Positions 50,152-61,040 of a stretch of DNA of 64,000 nucleotides are shown piece by piece. Where the stretch lies: NCBI GenBank assembly GCA_950097015.1, contig CATNEN010000034.1, positions 1,550,001 to 1,614,000 of the forward strand, given 5' to 3'. Made by a program: the position numbers and the translations under genes. Origin of the DNA: Macrostomum hystrix (taxonomy: Eukaryota > Animalia > Platyhelminthes). The notes under the pieces are model-generated. The model was not told where the DNA came from. It saw only the letters and a program-made list of their open reading frames with translations, and searched no databases. Every line of letters starts with the position of its first letter. Within the stretch, counting starts at the first letter, position 1.

Positions 50152-51444
50152 TCACTGGGACGGCACCGGCACCCGTCCGTCGTCGCGACCGCCGCTGTGT
50201 CGATACTCGAACTCGCACATGCCTCGGCCGTTAACTACGCGACCGTCAGGCAGTTTGCAGCGAATCTCGGCCAGCACACAGTAGAGCTTGGCCTCCCAGT
50301 TCCAGCCACAGTAATAGGACGGCGAGTCAACTGCTCTCACCTCGAGCTCGTAGCGCCCGCCGCCCTGAACCGTCAGATCAACTTGATAGGTCTTTGGTGG
50401 CGGCTCAGTCTCACCGATCTGCCAGAGCGATTTTGAGCTGCCGGTGGCTGCCAGCTTCTTCTTATCCGGCGTGATGACGAACCCCGTGATGAGGTGGGTC
50501 ATGAGCACCGGAAGACAGACCAGGTGAAAGGCGATACATGTGAAGTCTTCAAGCACAAAGTACTGCAGTATGTACCGGTGAAAGTCGTTCCACTTCCTGT
50601 ACAGTCCGTAGCTGCGATCGCGCATGCTGTCCAGCTCCACGCACCACTGGCCGACGTCTTGCACTTTGATTTCGCCGGACAGGCGGCCAAACTGCTCATA
50701 GTGCGTCTGGTGCGCCTCACGCAGCCTTTCAAAGAAGTCGCCACTCCAGGGCTCACGAGCGATGGCCTCGCAGGTTGGCGCCGGGTCCATGTCTGTGTCG
50801 AAGTCGAAGCAGGGCGTCTCCGCTCGCCAGGTCAGGTCGAAGTCGACGCGTCGAAGCTGCCGAGCCCGGCGCTGCCGCAGTTCTCCACTGAAGGTGACGC
50901 GCCATTCGCTCATCGGAACCACTGTCTGGTAGGCGAGGCCGCCGGCGTTCCAGCTGTTGTCGTCAACGGCGTCAACATCCGTAGCTGGTCCCCAGGGCCA
51001 CTCAAGTACGTCGCCATCGAGAATTTCAACCGGGGGCCGAATAACCATGACACATTCGGCTTTGCGATGATGCCGACGCTGGATCCCGGCGCCGAGGTAC
51101 CAGCCATCGCGGCTGTAGCCGTTGAAATAGGCGGCGTCGATGGCCTGCGGGTGCGTGCTCAGTGGTTGAACTCGCTCCATTTCGGCCACGCTGGCCCGGC
51201 TCTTCTGGCCGTAGCCGCTGCCACCGCCACCTTCGCCGCTGCTGCCCCTCAGCTTTCGCAGAGTCAGCAGGGTGTAGAAGGCGATGTACTTTAACGGAAA
51301 GAACAGGCCGGGCTGGCTGTACACGCCGAGGTATTTTCTAGCGCCATCCTCGGACTTAGTGGCAGCTTGTTGACGTCGCGATGAAAATAATAGCGTCGCT
51401 ATGGCAACGACGGCGCCTGCGCAGATGTACAGCACCACTGACAT
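50152..51444 (-). CDS. Intronless 430-aa uncharacterised protein, N-terminal TM anchor, putative AttH/CrtC/tocopherol-cyclase-like beta fold
   Basis: Non-repetitive 430-aa ATG ORF with the same GC-rich composition as neighbouring exons; hydrophobic residues 3-21; motifs FDFDTDM, HQTHYEQFG and RDRSYG..RKW. The fold assignment is recollection-based inference. Confidence 0.85.
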   Translation of the reverse strand: MSVVLYICAGAVVAIATLLFSSRRQQAATKSEDGARKYLGVYSQPGLFFPLKYIAFYTLLTLRKLRGSSGEGGGGSGYGQKSRASVAEMERVQPLSTHPQAIDAAYFNGYSRDGWYLGAGIQRRHHRKAECVMVIRPPVEILDGDVLEWPWGPATDVDAVDDNSWNAGGLAYQTVVPMSEWRVTFSGELRQRRARQLRRVDFDLTWRAETPCFDFDTDMDPAPTCEAIAREPWSGDFFERLREAHQTHYEQFGRLSGEIKVQDVGQWCVELDSMRDRSYGLYRKWNDFHRYILQYFVLEDFTCIAFHLVCLPVLMTHLITGFVITPDKKKLAATGSSKSLWQIGETEPPPKTYQVDLTVQGGGRYELEVRAVDSPSYYCGWNWEAKLYCVLAEIRCKLPDGRVVNGRGMCEFEYRHSGGRDDGRVPVPSQ

Positions 51445-52174
51445 GGACTGGCTGCCAAGTGGCTAGAGTTTCAGTTGAATATTTGTTCAATTAATTGTTA
51501 AATTGATTCGAAACAGTGCAGATTTACAGATTTAAATTAAGCGAAAACTCTCACCTTTATTATTCAGTCAGGCTCTAATTTATGTTGCGCACCGCGTGAT
51601 ATTTTCCGGAACCCAAATCGAAAATTTAAATACGCTTTTCTAACCGAGCTTTAATAAATATTAATACGTTAAAGGAAATTGCCGTCGAGGCCAAATTCGC
51701 ACCTTACTTTTTAGCTGACCTTCTGCCTCATTGATAAGAGCAGAAATGTGGTCCGACATGGCACCACCTGGAGCAGGCTTTGAGGCTACATTAATGAGTA
51801 ATAAGAGTAAGCAAGAGAGCAGAGACCGCTAATTTTCAATCAGTCATTCTAAGAAATTCTGCTCGCTGAAAATACGACAAGGCAGACTTGGTGCCAGGCT
51901 CGATGAGCCAGTCGCGACCAGGCGCTAAGCTTATCTTGTAGTGTTTTTAGGCTTCATAATCAGTGACTATTTCTGTAAAGAAAACTGCTAAACTACTTAC
52001 AGTAGTACTCGATTACAGCAGGACTCTCACGAAAATCGGTCATTCTGTAAAAGGACGAGCTGACGCAGCGGGCTTGGAGAAGCAGAAGGCATTTTACTCC
52101 AGTGACTGTAGCAATGCACACCCCGTCCAAACCCAGTGGAGACGAAAACCAACAATAATTGATTCAATCTGACA

Positions 52175-52328
52175 CCATCGCGCCAGACGTGCAGCCGACA
52201 GAACAGCCGCAGATACGAGCCGTAATTACGCGTCGTGTCTGCAGGCTGCGTACGGCTGTTCAGTCCGTGGACTGAACAGGAATGGACTGAACAGCTGATG
52301 CTGGTGCCCATTTAACAGCAGGGTGAAG
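52175..52328 (-). mobile_element. SINE-like family B, head-truncated copy
   Basis: Aligns with 60280-60430 (GTGCAGCCGACAG..GCTGCGTACGGCTGTTCAGTCC..CCCATTTAACAGC). Confidence 0.75.
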
Positions 52329-52651
52329 GTGGTGACTGGCATAGCGGTCTAACGCGTTCGCCTCTCGCACCAAGGTCCCTGAGCTCGATTCCGCGGCGAG
52401 GCCACATTTTATAGGGGCGCAGCCGCGCAGAGAAGGCTTGGGGGCTTGTCGTGCAATTTACGCCCTTGAGGGCCAACTTCCAAGGCACAGTGAGAGTGTA
52501 CACTGCCTGACGATGAGAAAGTCAGAGCTGATGTACACACCTGTGTGAGCGTATGCCTGCGTACGGTATCTGTGTGCGTGTGTGCTCAGGAGTCAGCAGA
52601 ATCGGCAGAATTGCCTCCTCGCTGGCTGCGGGTCTATAGTGTCACCAAACG
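52329..52651 (+). mobile_element. tRNA-headed SINE-like element, family A (copy 1)
   Basis: A-box-like TGGCATAGCGG (52337-52347), B-box-like GCTCGATTCC (52383-52392); second copy at 41748-42056. Confidence 0.85.
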
Positions 52652-53449
52652 ATGTCCATTGCCTGCAGCCCCTGCAACTACTATTATTATATCATAAAAC
52701 AGCTGAGTAAACTAAAGCAACGCAGAGCCAAGTGTCTTGCTAAAGGACAGTTGGGGAGAAATGAGTCAAAATGACCAAATATCTAAGAGGTCAAGAAACA
52801 ATTATGACAAGAGGAATGGTAGGCGGCATCTGGTCTGAAAGTACTTTTAAGCAGTGATCACGGAATCGAGCTTGCTTTCCTCCACCAGCGAGAATAAAGT
52901 TGAAGACAATTCTATTGAAATTGACTCCGAACTCATTCAAGTCCGGACTCAAAATTGCTGAAATAGGGGAGTCACTGAATTTGATTATCCCCAGAAAATT
53001 CTGAGAGAGAAATCCATTTAAACTTTTTGTCTCGTATATTTGGAGCGAATGTGGTATCTGCCCGGCAACCAAACCCCAAACAAATCCTCTTGAGGACTGC
53101 CCCTGGTCTGGGCGAAGATCACAGAGCACCAGAATGAAGGATGAAAGTGGAATAGAAAAGTGGTGTGCTGAGACTGGCTCACGCAGACAGACAAAAATAA
53201 GCTTTTACTAATCAGTTTCATATCTGCGAAGCATATAATATTAGCTTCCTTTCTGAGACTAAAGGCTGATAAATACAAATATGTGTGCGTGCACTTCTGC
53301 CAACACTTTAATTAAACCCAGCGAACACGGTTGCAGTGGAACTAAGAGAAATTAAAAATAACGAAAACCCAATCACTCGGACTAATTAAATGAGGCCCCG
53401 TCTCATCTTCTAACTCTCCTTCTCTTTATCAATAAGTTCAGCCTACCTA

Positions 53450-53902
53450 TCCCCTCACTCTCACCCTCTCCCCTCACTCTCACCCTCTCCCAATCACTCT
53501 CACCCTCTCCCCCTCACTCTCACCCTCTCCCAATCACTCTCACCCTCTCCCCCTCACTCTCACCCTCTCCCAATCACTCTCACCCTCTCCCCCTCACTCT
53601 CACCCTCTCCCCCTCACTCTCACCCTCTCCCCCTCACTCTCACCCTCTCCCAATCACTCTCACCCTCTCCCAATCACTCTCACCCTCTCCCAATCACTCT
53701 CACCCTCTCCCAATCACTCTCACCCTCTTACAATCACTCTCACCCTCTTACAATCACTCTCACCCTCTTACAATCACTCTCACCCTCTCCCAATCACTCT
53801 CACCCTCTCCCAATCACTCTCACCCTCTCCCAATCACTCTCACCCTCTCCCCATCACTCTCACCCTCTTACAATCGCTCTCACCCTCTCCCAATCACTCT
53901 CA
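53450..53902. repeat. Minisatellite, 20 bp unit (CACCCTCTCCCAATCACTCT), left arm
   Basis: Direct tandem repeat interrupted by the LINE. Confidence 0.95.
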
Positions 53903-55226
53903 AGCCTGGACAACCAGCGTGGCATTGCGCTGGAATGCACCACGGCAAAGCTGCTGAATGCAGTGCTGCGCAACCGGCTCCTGCCAGGTCTCAACCCACT
54001 GCTGCTGAGTCTCCAGAGCGGTTTTCGGCCACGCAGGTCCATCACTGAGCAGGTTGCAACCATCCGCTCAATCATTGAGGCCTGCAAGACCCGTCTGCGC
54101 TCCGTGTCGATTGTCTTCGTGGATTTCCGGAAGGCTTTCGACTCCGTGGCCAGGCCAGCGATTGCATGGCTGTTGTCCTACTACGGCGTCCCCCCTGCAC
54201 TGGTGGCTGCGGTGACGGATCTGTACAGCGATTCCAGGGCATTTGTTCAGTCGAGCGACGGCCCCACTGATGAGTTCAGCACAAGCTCTGGCTTCTTTCA
54301 GGGCGACACGCTGGCTCCTCTGCTCTTCATCATGGTCGTGGACTACGTGCTGCGCCGGTCTCTCCTAGATGACGACGGCTATATGCTAGTCCCACGTCGA
54401 AGCTCCCGACACCCTGCAGTCCCGCTACCGGCTCTTGCGTATGCCGACGACATCGCACTCCTCTGTCGCGATCCAGCTGCTGCGCAACGCGCTCTCTTCA
54501 GGCTCTGCGAGGAGGGCGCTCGGGTTGGACTGATGATCAACGCACTGAAGACAGAAGTGCTGCACGTGGGCACTGACACCGCCCCGACACTAGATCTGCC
54601 CAACGGAGACGCCATCGCGGTGTGCGAGGACTTTCGGTACCTCGGCTCCCTAGTGATGAGTCCCGACTCCATCGTCTCCGACAGGAGGAATCAGGCCTGG
54701 CGCGCGGCGCACCTTCTCAGGAACGTCTTCAACTCTGCTGCAAGAAACAGCCTGAAGGTGCGCCTCTTCTGCGCTGCCGTTGAGCTTATCCTCCTGTACG
54801 GCATGGAAGCAGTGTCGATGACCGCAACGCGAGAGACAGACCCTGGACGCGCTGTACAGGTCCCTGCTGCGCCACGCCCTGGGCGTGCACTACCCGGAGA
54901 GGCTGCCGTCCAGAGATCTGATGGTTCGTGCCGGCGTCCCGGCCCTGAGCGTCACCCTGCGCCGGCGCCGCCAGATGCTGCTGGGCCACTGTCTGAGGAG
55001 TCACGGTCGCGGCGAGCGAAACCCGCTTGCGCCGGTCCTCCTGCACCAGCCGACCGAGCGGCTGCGCCGCGGCCAAGGAAGAACCGTGACGCTGAATGCC
55101 ACACTGTTGGCTGACTTGCAGGCCATCGGACTTGATCCCCAGTCCGCCATGGCCTGCCCCTCCCAACTGTTCTGCGAGCGCGTGCGCGCAAAAGCTATCT
55201 AACTTTCTGCGTCTCTATATATATAT
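53903..55226 (+). mobile_element. 5'-truncated RTE-type non-LTR retrotransposon (RT domain)
   Basis: The frame from 53903 reads NQRGIAL..QSGFRP..FVDFRKAFDSV..QGDTLAPLLF..LAYADDIALL..FRYLGS. There is one frameshift near 54835; the C-terminus ends at 55202 and is followed by a (TA)n tail. Confidence 0.93.
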
Positions 55227-55935
55227 AATCACTCTCACCCTCTCCCCATCACTCTCACCCTCTCCCCCTCACTCTCACCCTCTCCCCATCACTCTCACCC
55301 TCTCCCCATCACTCTCACCCTCTCCCCATCACTCTCACCCTCTCACAATCACTCTCACCCTCTCCCAATCACTCTCACCCTCTTACAATCACTCTCACCC
55401 TCTTACAATCACTCTCACCCTCTTACAATCACTCTCACCCTCTCCCCATCACTCTCACCCTCTCCCAATCACTCTCACCCTCTTACAATCACTCTCACCC
55501 TCTTACAATCACTCTCACCCTCTTACAATCACTCTCACCCTCTTACAATCACTCTCACCCTCTCCCAATCACTCTCACCCTCTTACAATCACTCTCACCC
55601 TCTTACAATCACTCTCACCCTCTTACAATCATTCTCAGCCTCTCCCAATCACTCTCAGCCTCTCCCAATCACTCTCACCTTCTCCCCATCACTCTCACCC
55701 TCTCCCAATCACTCTCACCCTCTCCCAATCACTCTCAGCCTCTCCCAATCACTCTCACCCTCTCCCAATCACTCTCACCCTCTCCCAATCACTCTCAGCC
55801 TCTCCCAATCACTCTCACCCTCTCCCAATCACTCTCACCCTCTCTCAATCACTCTCACCCTCTCCCAATCACTCTCACCCTCTCCCAATCACTCTCACCC
55901 TTTCCCCATCACTCTCACCCTCTTCCAATCACTCT
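55227..55935. repeat. Minisatellite, 20 bp unit, right arm
   Basis: Same unit as 53450-53902. Confidence 0.95.
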
Positions 55936-56289
55936 CCTTCTCTAATGATCATTCACAGTCCCAAACTCCCAGAAGCAGCTAGTTATATAGTGAGACTAAC
56001 TAATGGAACTGTCATATCCGGTCGAGTTGTCGCTGTCATTTGCGATTTTTTAGGCCCCAATAAATCACTCAGACGCACGCAAGGCAAAAAAATAGTGCGA
56101 ATTAGGCCGTTGGTAAAGTTATTTACAACGAGCCCAAAATCAGACTTGTGTCAAAACAATTGCAACAACACACAAGACTAGTTTAGTGAATGCAAAATCG
56201 CGGCGTCCAATAAAAATATAAGTGAATTAAGAAATTCGAGGCGGGAAGAGAAGAGTGGGGAGCGCGAACTTAAGGCCTTAGGGCCCGCT

Positions 56290-57312
56290 ATGACAGTCAC
56301 TCCCCAATGACAGACACTCACTCCGCTATGACACTCTGCTGTGACACTCTCTCCGCTACGACACTCTCTCCGCTATGACACTCACTCCGCTATGACACTC
56401 TCTCCGCTATGACACTCTCTCCGCTATGACACTCTCTCCGCTATGACACTCACTCCGCTATGACACTCACTCCGCTATGACACTCACTCCGCTATGACAC
56501 TCTCTCCGCTATGACACTCTCTCCGCTATGACACTCACTCCGCTATGACACTCACTCCGCTATGACACTCACTCCGCTATGACACTCTCTCCGCTATGAC
56601 ACTCTCTCCGCTATGACACTCACTCCGCTATGACACTCTCTCCGCTATGACACTCTCTCCGCTATGACACTCACTCCGCTATGACACTCTCTCCGCTATG
56701 ACACTCACTCCGCTATGACACTCTCTCCGCTATGACACTCTCTCCGCTATGACACTCACTCCGCTATGACACTCACTCCGCTATGACACTCACTCCGCTA
56801 TGACACTCTCTCCGCTATGACACTCACTCCGCTATGACACTCACTCCGCTATGACACTCTCTCCGCTATGACACTCTCTCCGCTATGACACTCACTCCGC
56901 TATGACACTCTCTCCGCTACGACACTCTCTCCGCTATGACACTCTCTCCGCTACGACACTCTCTCCGCTATGACACTCTCTCTGCTATGACACTCTCTCC
57001 GCTACGACACTCTCTCCGCTATGACACTCTCTCCGCTATGACACTCACTCCGCTATGACACTCTCTCCGCTATGACACTCACTCCGCTATGACACTCTAT
57101 CCGCTATGACACTCACTCCGCTATGACACTCTCTCCGCTATGACACTCTCTCCGCTATGACACTCTCTCCGCTATGACACTCACTCCGCTATGACACTCA
57201 CTCCGCTACGACAGTCACTCCGCTATGACACTCTCTCCGCTATGACACTCTCTCCGCTATGACACTCACTCCGCTATGACACTCACTCCGCTATGACCGT
57301 CAGTCCGCCATG
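56290..57312. repeat. Minisatellite, 17 bp unit (CCGCTATGACACTCTCT / ..CTCACT)
   Basis: About 60 copies. Confidence 0.96.
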
Positions 57313-57401
57313 ACAGAGGAAAACAGCATATCAAGAAACTGAGTTAAAGGCAAGACAAAAGGCGTCAGTCACGAATCCGAAGTTCTACTGCGCCAGAGAA
57401 T

Positions 57402-57801
57402 TCAGCGAATGCCCAGGATGAAGCGGATTCCGTTGGCACTGCGAGAGCCGCTCATCTCGGAGGCGCCGCCGTTTCGCCCAGAAACAGCGGAAGTGGATGC
57501 GCCGACGCTAGATTTGGCGCTCTTCGCCCTGTGACAGTTGACCGGCATGTAGTGCTCAAAGTCCGACTGGTTCACGTAGAGCACAACCCACTGCTCGCCC
57601 TGGCTGTAGTACTGGGCCAGCAGCCTGCGCCGCCGCTCAGTCAGCTGGAATGGCAGTCTTGTTCTGTGAGGATAATAGGCAACAATGCGACCGCTGCACA
57701 GGGCAAAGCTGGCCACCAATTCGTATTCGTCCTGGCCGTCTTTCACTTTGCGCTTGTACTGCTCCTGCATGCGATTGGCCTCCGACTGAGTCATGAGCCT
57801 C

Positions 57802-57869
<68 letters not shown>

Positions 57870-58133
57870 TGGCTGGGTCGTGTCGCCAGTGGAATTTTCC
57901 GACACAACAGCGGATCTAGAAGTCGGCAAAAGATCCCAAACAAATGTCGGACCCTGGTGATGATGGTACTGGTGGGACTGCGGCTGCGGTTGCTGCTGAC
58001 TGGAACCGCTGCAGCTGCCGCTACTGCTCTGGTGCAGCAGGCTGTGATGATGTCGATGATGCCGCCGATGACCTCCAGCGCCGCCGCCGGCGCCGCTGCC
58101 TCCGTCGGCGCTGAAAGAGAAGCCGCCGGGCAT
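57402..58133 (-). CDS. Hypothetical 243-aa protein with His/Gln-rich N-half, polyQ and a globular-looking C-half
   Basis: ATG ORF, GC-rich, (CAG/CAA) run at about 57800-57872, acceptor-like TTGTAG 15 nt upstream. No family recognised; upstream coding exons are possible. Confidence 0.75.
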
Positions 58134-58854
58134 TGCGAAGCGAAGCCGCTACAAGCGAGGAAACGATGAGGCGGTTCGCAGTTTGCTGCTCAGCCTGGGT
58201 GTGGGCAGATGCTGCTTTATCCTTCTCACTCATTTCAGCGTCACCTAACTGAGGCATCTCCGGTTGGCTCAGCTCCACTGGAACAGAACTCACTCCCTCC
58301 CTCCCTCCCCAGTGAGCACTGAGCACACACATGCACTGCCCTTCTCTTAGCCTCCAAAGTTCTAATGCAGCAGCAGCAGCTGCCCTTCCATCCCGTGCCA
58401 TACAGTTATACACCATCATCAGACTCTGCCACAAAAACTCTCCCGGCGCGACTTTTGTTAAATGACAGAAAAAATCAGCATGACAGTCAGTAATAGCTTG
58501 TGCTATTATCAGCTGACTGCCATGCTCAAGTCCCGAATATATCATTCCTACTCAGGCTTTCTCTCTATATCTGAATGCCTGGCTGCTGCAACAGCTGCCT
58601 GGAGCATGGGCCAGGCAGTGTTTATTATCAATGATTCCTCTAGCCTGGTCCACATTGCAAATGCAGACAGGGATGAGAAAAGGAAAAAATTGACTGGAAT
58701 TTTTTATCATTCTGTTTGCCTGGCCCCACCATAGCTAAGACTAAATTTAGCGCTGCAACTCAGATTACAATAATGCAAACGTACGGCTCCTCATCCCTTG
58801 TTTCTCTTGTTTGTCTGCTTTTGCTGAAAAATACATTTTAATGCGTTTTCGGCC

Positions 58855-59395
58855 AATCTGTCTACCATTTCATATTTATTTGTACCTGCCAATCTGTCTA
58901 CATGCCCATCTGTCTACCTGTCCATGTGTCTACCTGTCCATGTCTCTACCTGTCCATCTGTCTACCTGTCCATGTGTCTACCTATCCATCTGTCTACCTG
59001 TCCATCTGTCTACCTGTCCATGTGTCTACCTGTCCATGTGTCTACCTGTCCATGTCTCTACCTGTCCATCTGTCTACCTGTCCATGTCTCTACCTGTCCA
59101 TGTCTCTACCTGTCCATCTGTCTACCTGTCCATGTGTCTACCTGTCCATGTCTCTACCTGTCCATCTGTCTACCTGTCAATGTGTCTACCTTACCATCTG
59201 TCTACCTGTCCATGTGTCTACCTGTCCATGTCTCTACCTGTCCATCTGTCTACCTGTCCATCTGTCTACCTGTCCATCTGTCTACCCGTCCATCCGTCTA
59301 CCTGTCCATCCGTCTACCTGTCCATCTGTCTACCTGTCCATCTGTCTACCCGTCCATCTGTCTACCTGTCCATCTGTCTACCTGTCCATCCGTGC
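58855..59395. repeat. Minisatellite, about 16 bp unit (TGTCTACCTGTCCATC/G)
   Basis: Direct tandem repeat. Confidence 0.94.
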
Positions 59396-60274
59396 TTTTT
59401 GAACCAGAAAAATTACTAAAAGCTGAAAGTTTCTCTTCTTGTCATCCATCCAGCGTTGCATTTGATCCTTTCCTGAGCCTTGATGTAACCAAAAATGCAC
59501 CTGCAAGCTTTGTTTGCATATTCAAATGTCTCGTGTAACCTGCGTGTTATGCGATGCTGTTAGCACAGAAGCTAAAAGCCTTCTAATGCTGCAGCTCAGT
59601 TAATGTTGCTAATGGCTCGGAGAAAGAAAAAATGCTTTTCACTTCTTTATTTACCCATGTCAGCCGAAAGTTGTCTGTCTGTCTGTCTGTCTGCCTGTCT
59701 GTCTGTCTGTCAGTCAGTTGAACAACAACTTCCACAGCATGACTGCAGCGGTTTCTCTAGGCACAAATTCCCAGCACCAAACTGACTTTGCTGTCTTTTC
59801 AGTTATGATTTTTTCCATGCTTCTCATGACCGGCCTGCCGGCCAACTGAAATTTGAAAAATGCCATGCCGGAAACTTGCTCCCAGCCAAGTTCCGCCTTT
59901 GCCGTGTTCAACCAGAAACTTCACGCACAGCTCTGGGTGACAACAGTCATTCAAGCTTCTTATGCGCGTTTTTTTAAACCGAAACGGAGCGTTGGCTCCG
60001 TCACCATGACAACAGACGACGACAAACCCATGCAGTCACGTGACAGACGAACAAACTTACACAGTGTGTGTCATGCAGTTTTTTTTCATGGCCAACTACA
60101 GTCAATCAGAAGTATTTTAGCAATCACAGTTTCTTGGAAAGCACAAGCGCGAGGAACAGATGTGCTCATGCTCGTTACTTACTACTGGGAAGTAGCAAAA
60201 AAAATTTGTTTCAGTTGCCTCTAGTAATTAAAAACATTCAGGCAATTAGATTTTTCTCATTGATTACACCTGCC

Positions 60275-60515
60275 CCGATTGGGTCAGATGTGCAGCCGAC
60301 AGCACAGCCGCAGCTATTGCAGGGCGCATCTGAAGGCTGCGTACGGCTGTTCAGTCCATGGACTGGGAGGGGGCGCCACACCCATCGATTACCCCAGCAA
60401 GTTCTGATACCCATTTAACAGCTGGGCGAAGGACACAAATCGGTGGTAATCGAACCCCCGACCTTCAAGCCATAAGTCGTAAGTTGTAAGCCCTAGGATA
60501 CACTCTAGGGTGAGC
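60275..60515 (-). mobile_element. tRNA-headed SINE-like element, family B (most complete copy)
   Basis: Minus-strand B-box GGTTCGATT (60448-60456), then CAGCTGTTAAATGGGTA and the palindrome CAGTCCATGGACTG (60352-60365); two other partial copies in the window. Confidence 0.75.
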
Positions 60516-61040
60516 TATGATAAGTACATTAACCGTGGCACACCTAGCTAGCTAGAGATTCACTTCATTATGGACCTGTGTAGGACTTACTTTTTGCAGC
60601 TTTCTTTCGCAAGAAGAAACGATTTAAAATTGGCAATAGAAGCAGCCCAGAGATGGAAGAGCCCTGCAAGCTTGCGCAGAGTTGTATATACGGCTCTTGT
60701 GGTTGCTAAGCGGTTGCTAAGCTGCACAATGGCAATGAAAAGATCCGCTAAGGCCTCTATGACGGATGCGGCGAATTGAATGCCGAGGTGGTTGGCTCTT
60801 AGTCAATCTATCTCACTCGTCGCGGTTGCTAGGTGGCCGACCTCTTTAGGTAAGACTCCACATCTCGACTTATTCACATCCGTTTGCCGCCTTGGCAACC
60901 GTTGCCAACGTCCTTACCCCACCAACCTAAGACCCCTGATCTATGCTTCATTTAAGTCCTCGCGGCCTTAGGAGTCAGCAGTGATAGTCAAAGACTTACT
61001 AGAATACTGCCAAAACTGCTGCACAGATTGTAGCCGAAAC

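Noticed and set aside
50140-51294. + strand ORFs of 98 and 266 aa; likewise 13231-13560, 57531-58169 and 61679-62137
   Set aside because: Antisense shadows of GC-rich real exons.
51395-51408. RFX X-box-like GTCGCTATGGCAAC (also GTTGCCAGGCAAC near 123-136)
   Set aside because: Both lie inside coding exons and are explained by codons; no independent evidence of a ciliary promoter.
52329-52400. Functional tRNA gene
   Set aside because: It has A/B-box-like motifs but no proper cloverleaf, and it heads a repeated 300-bp element.
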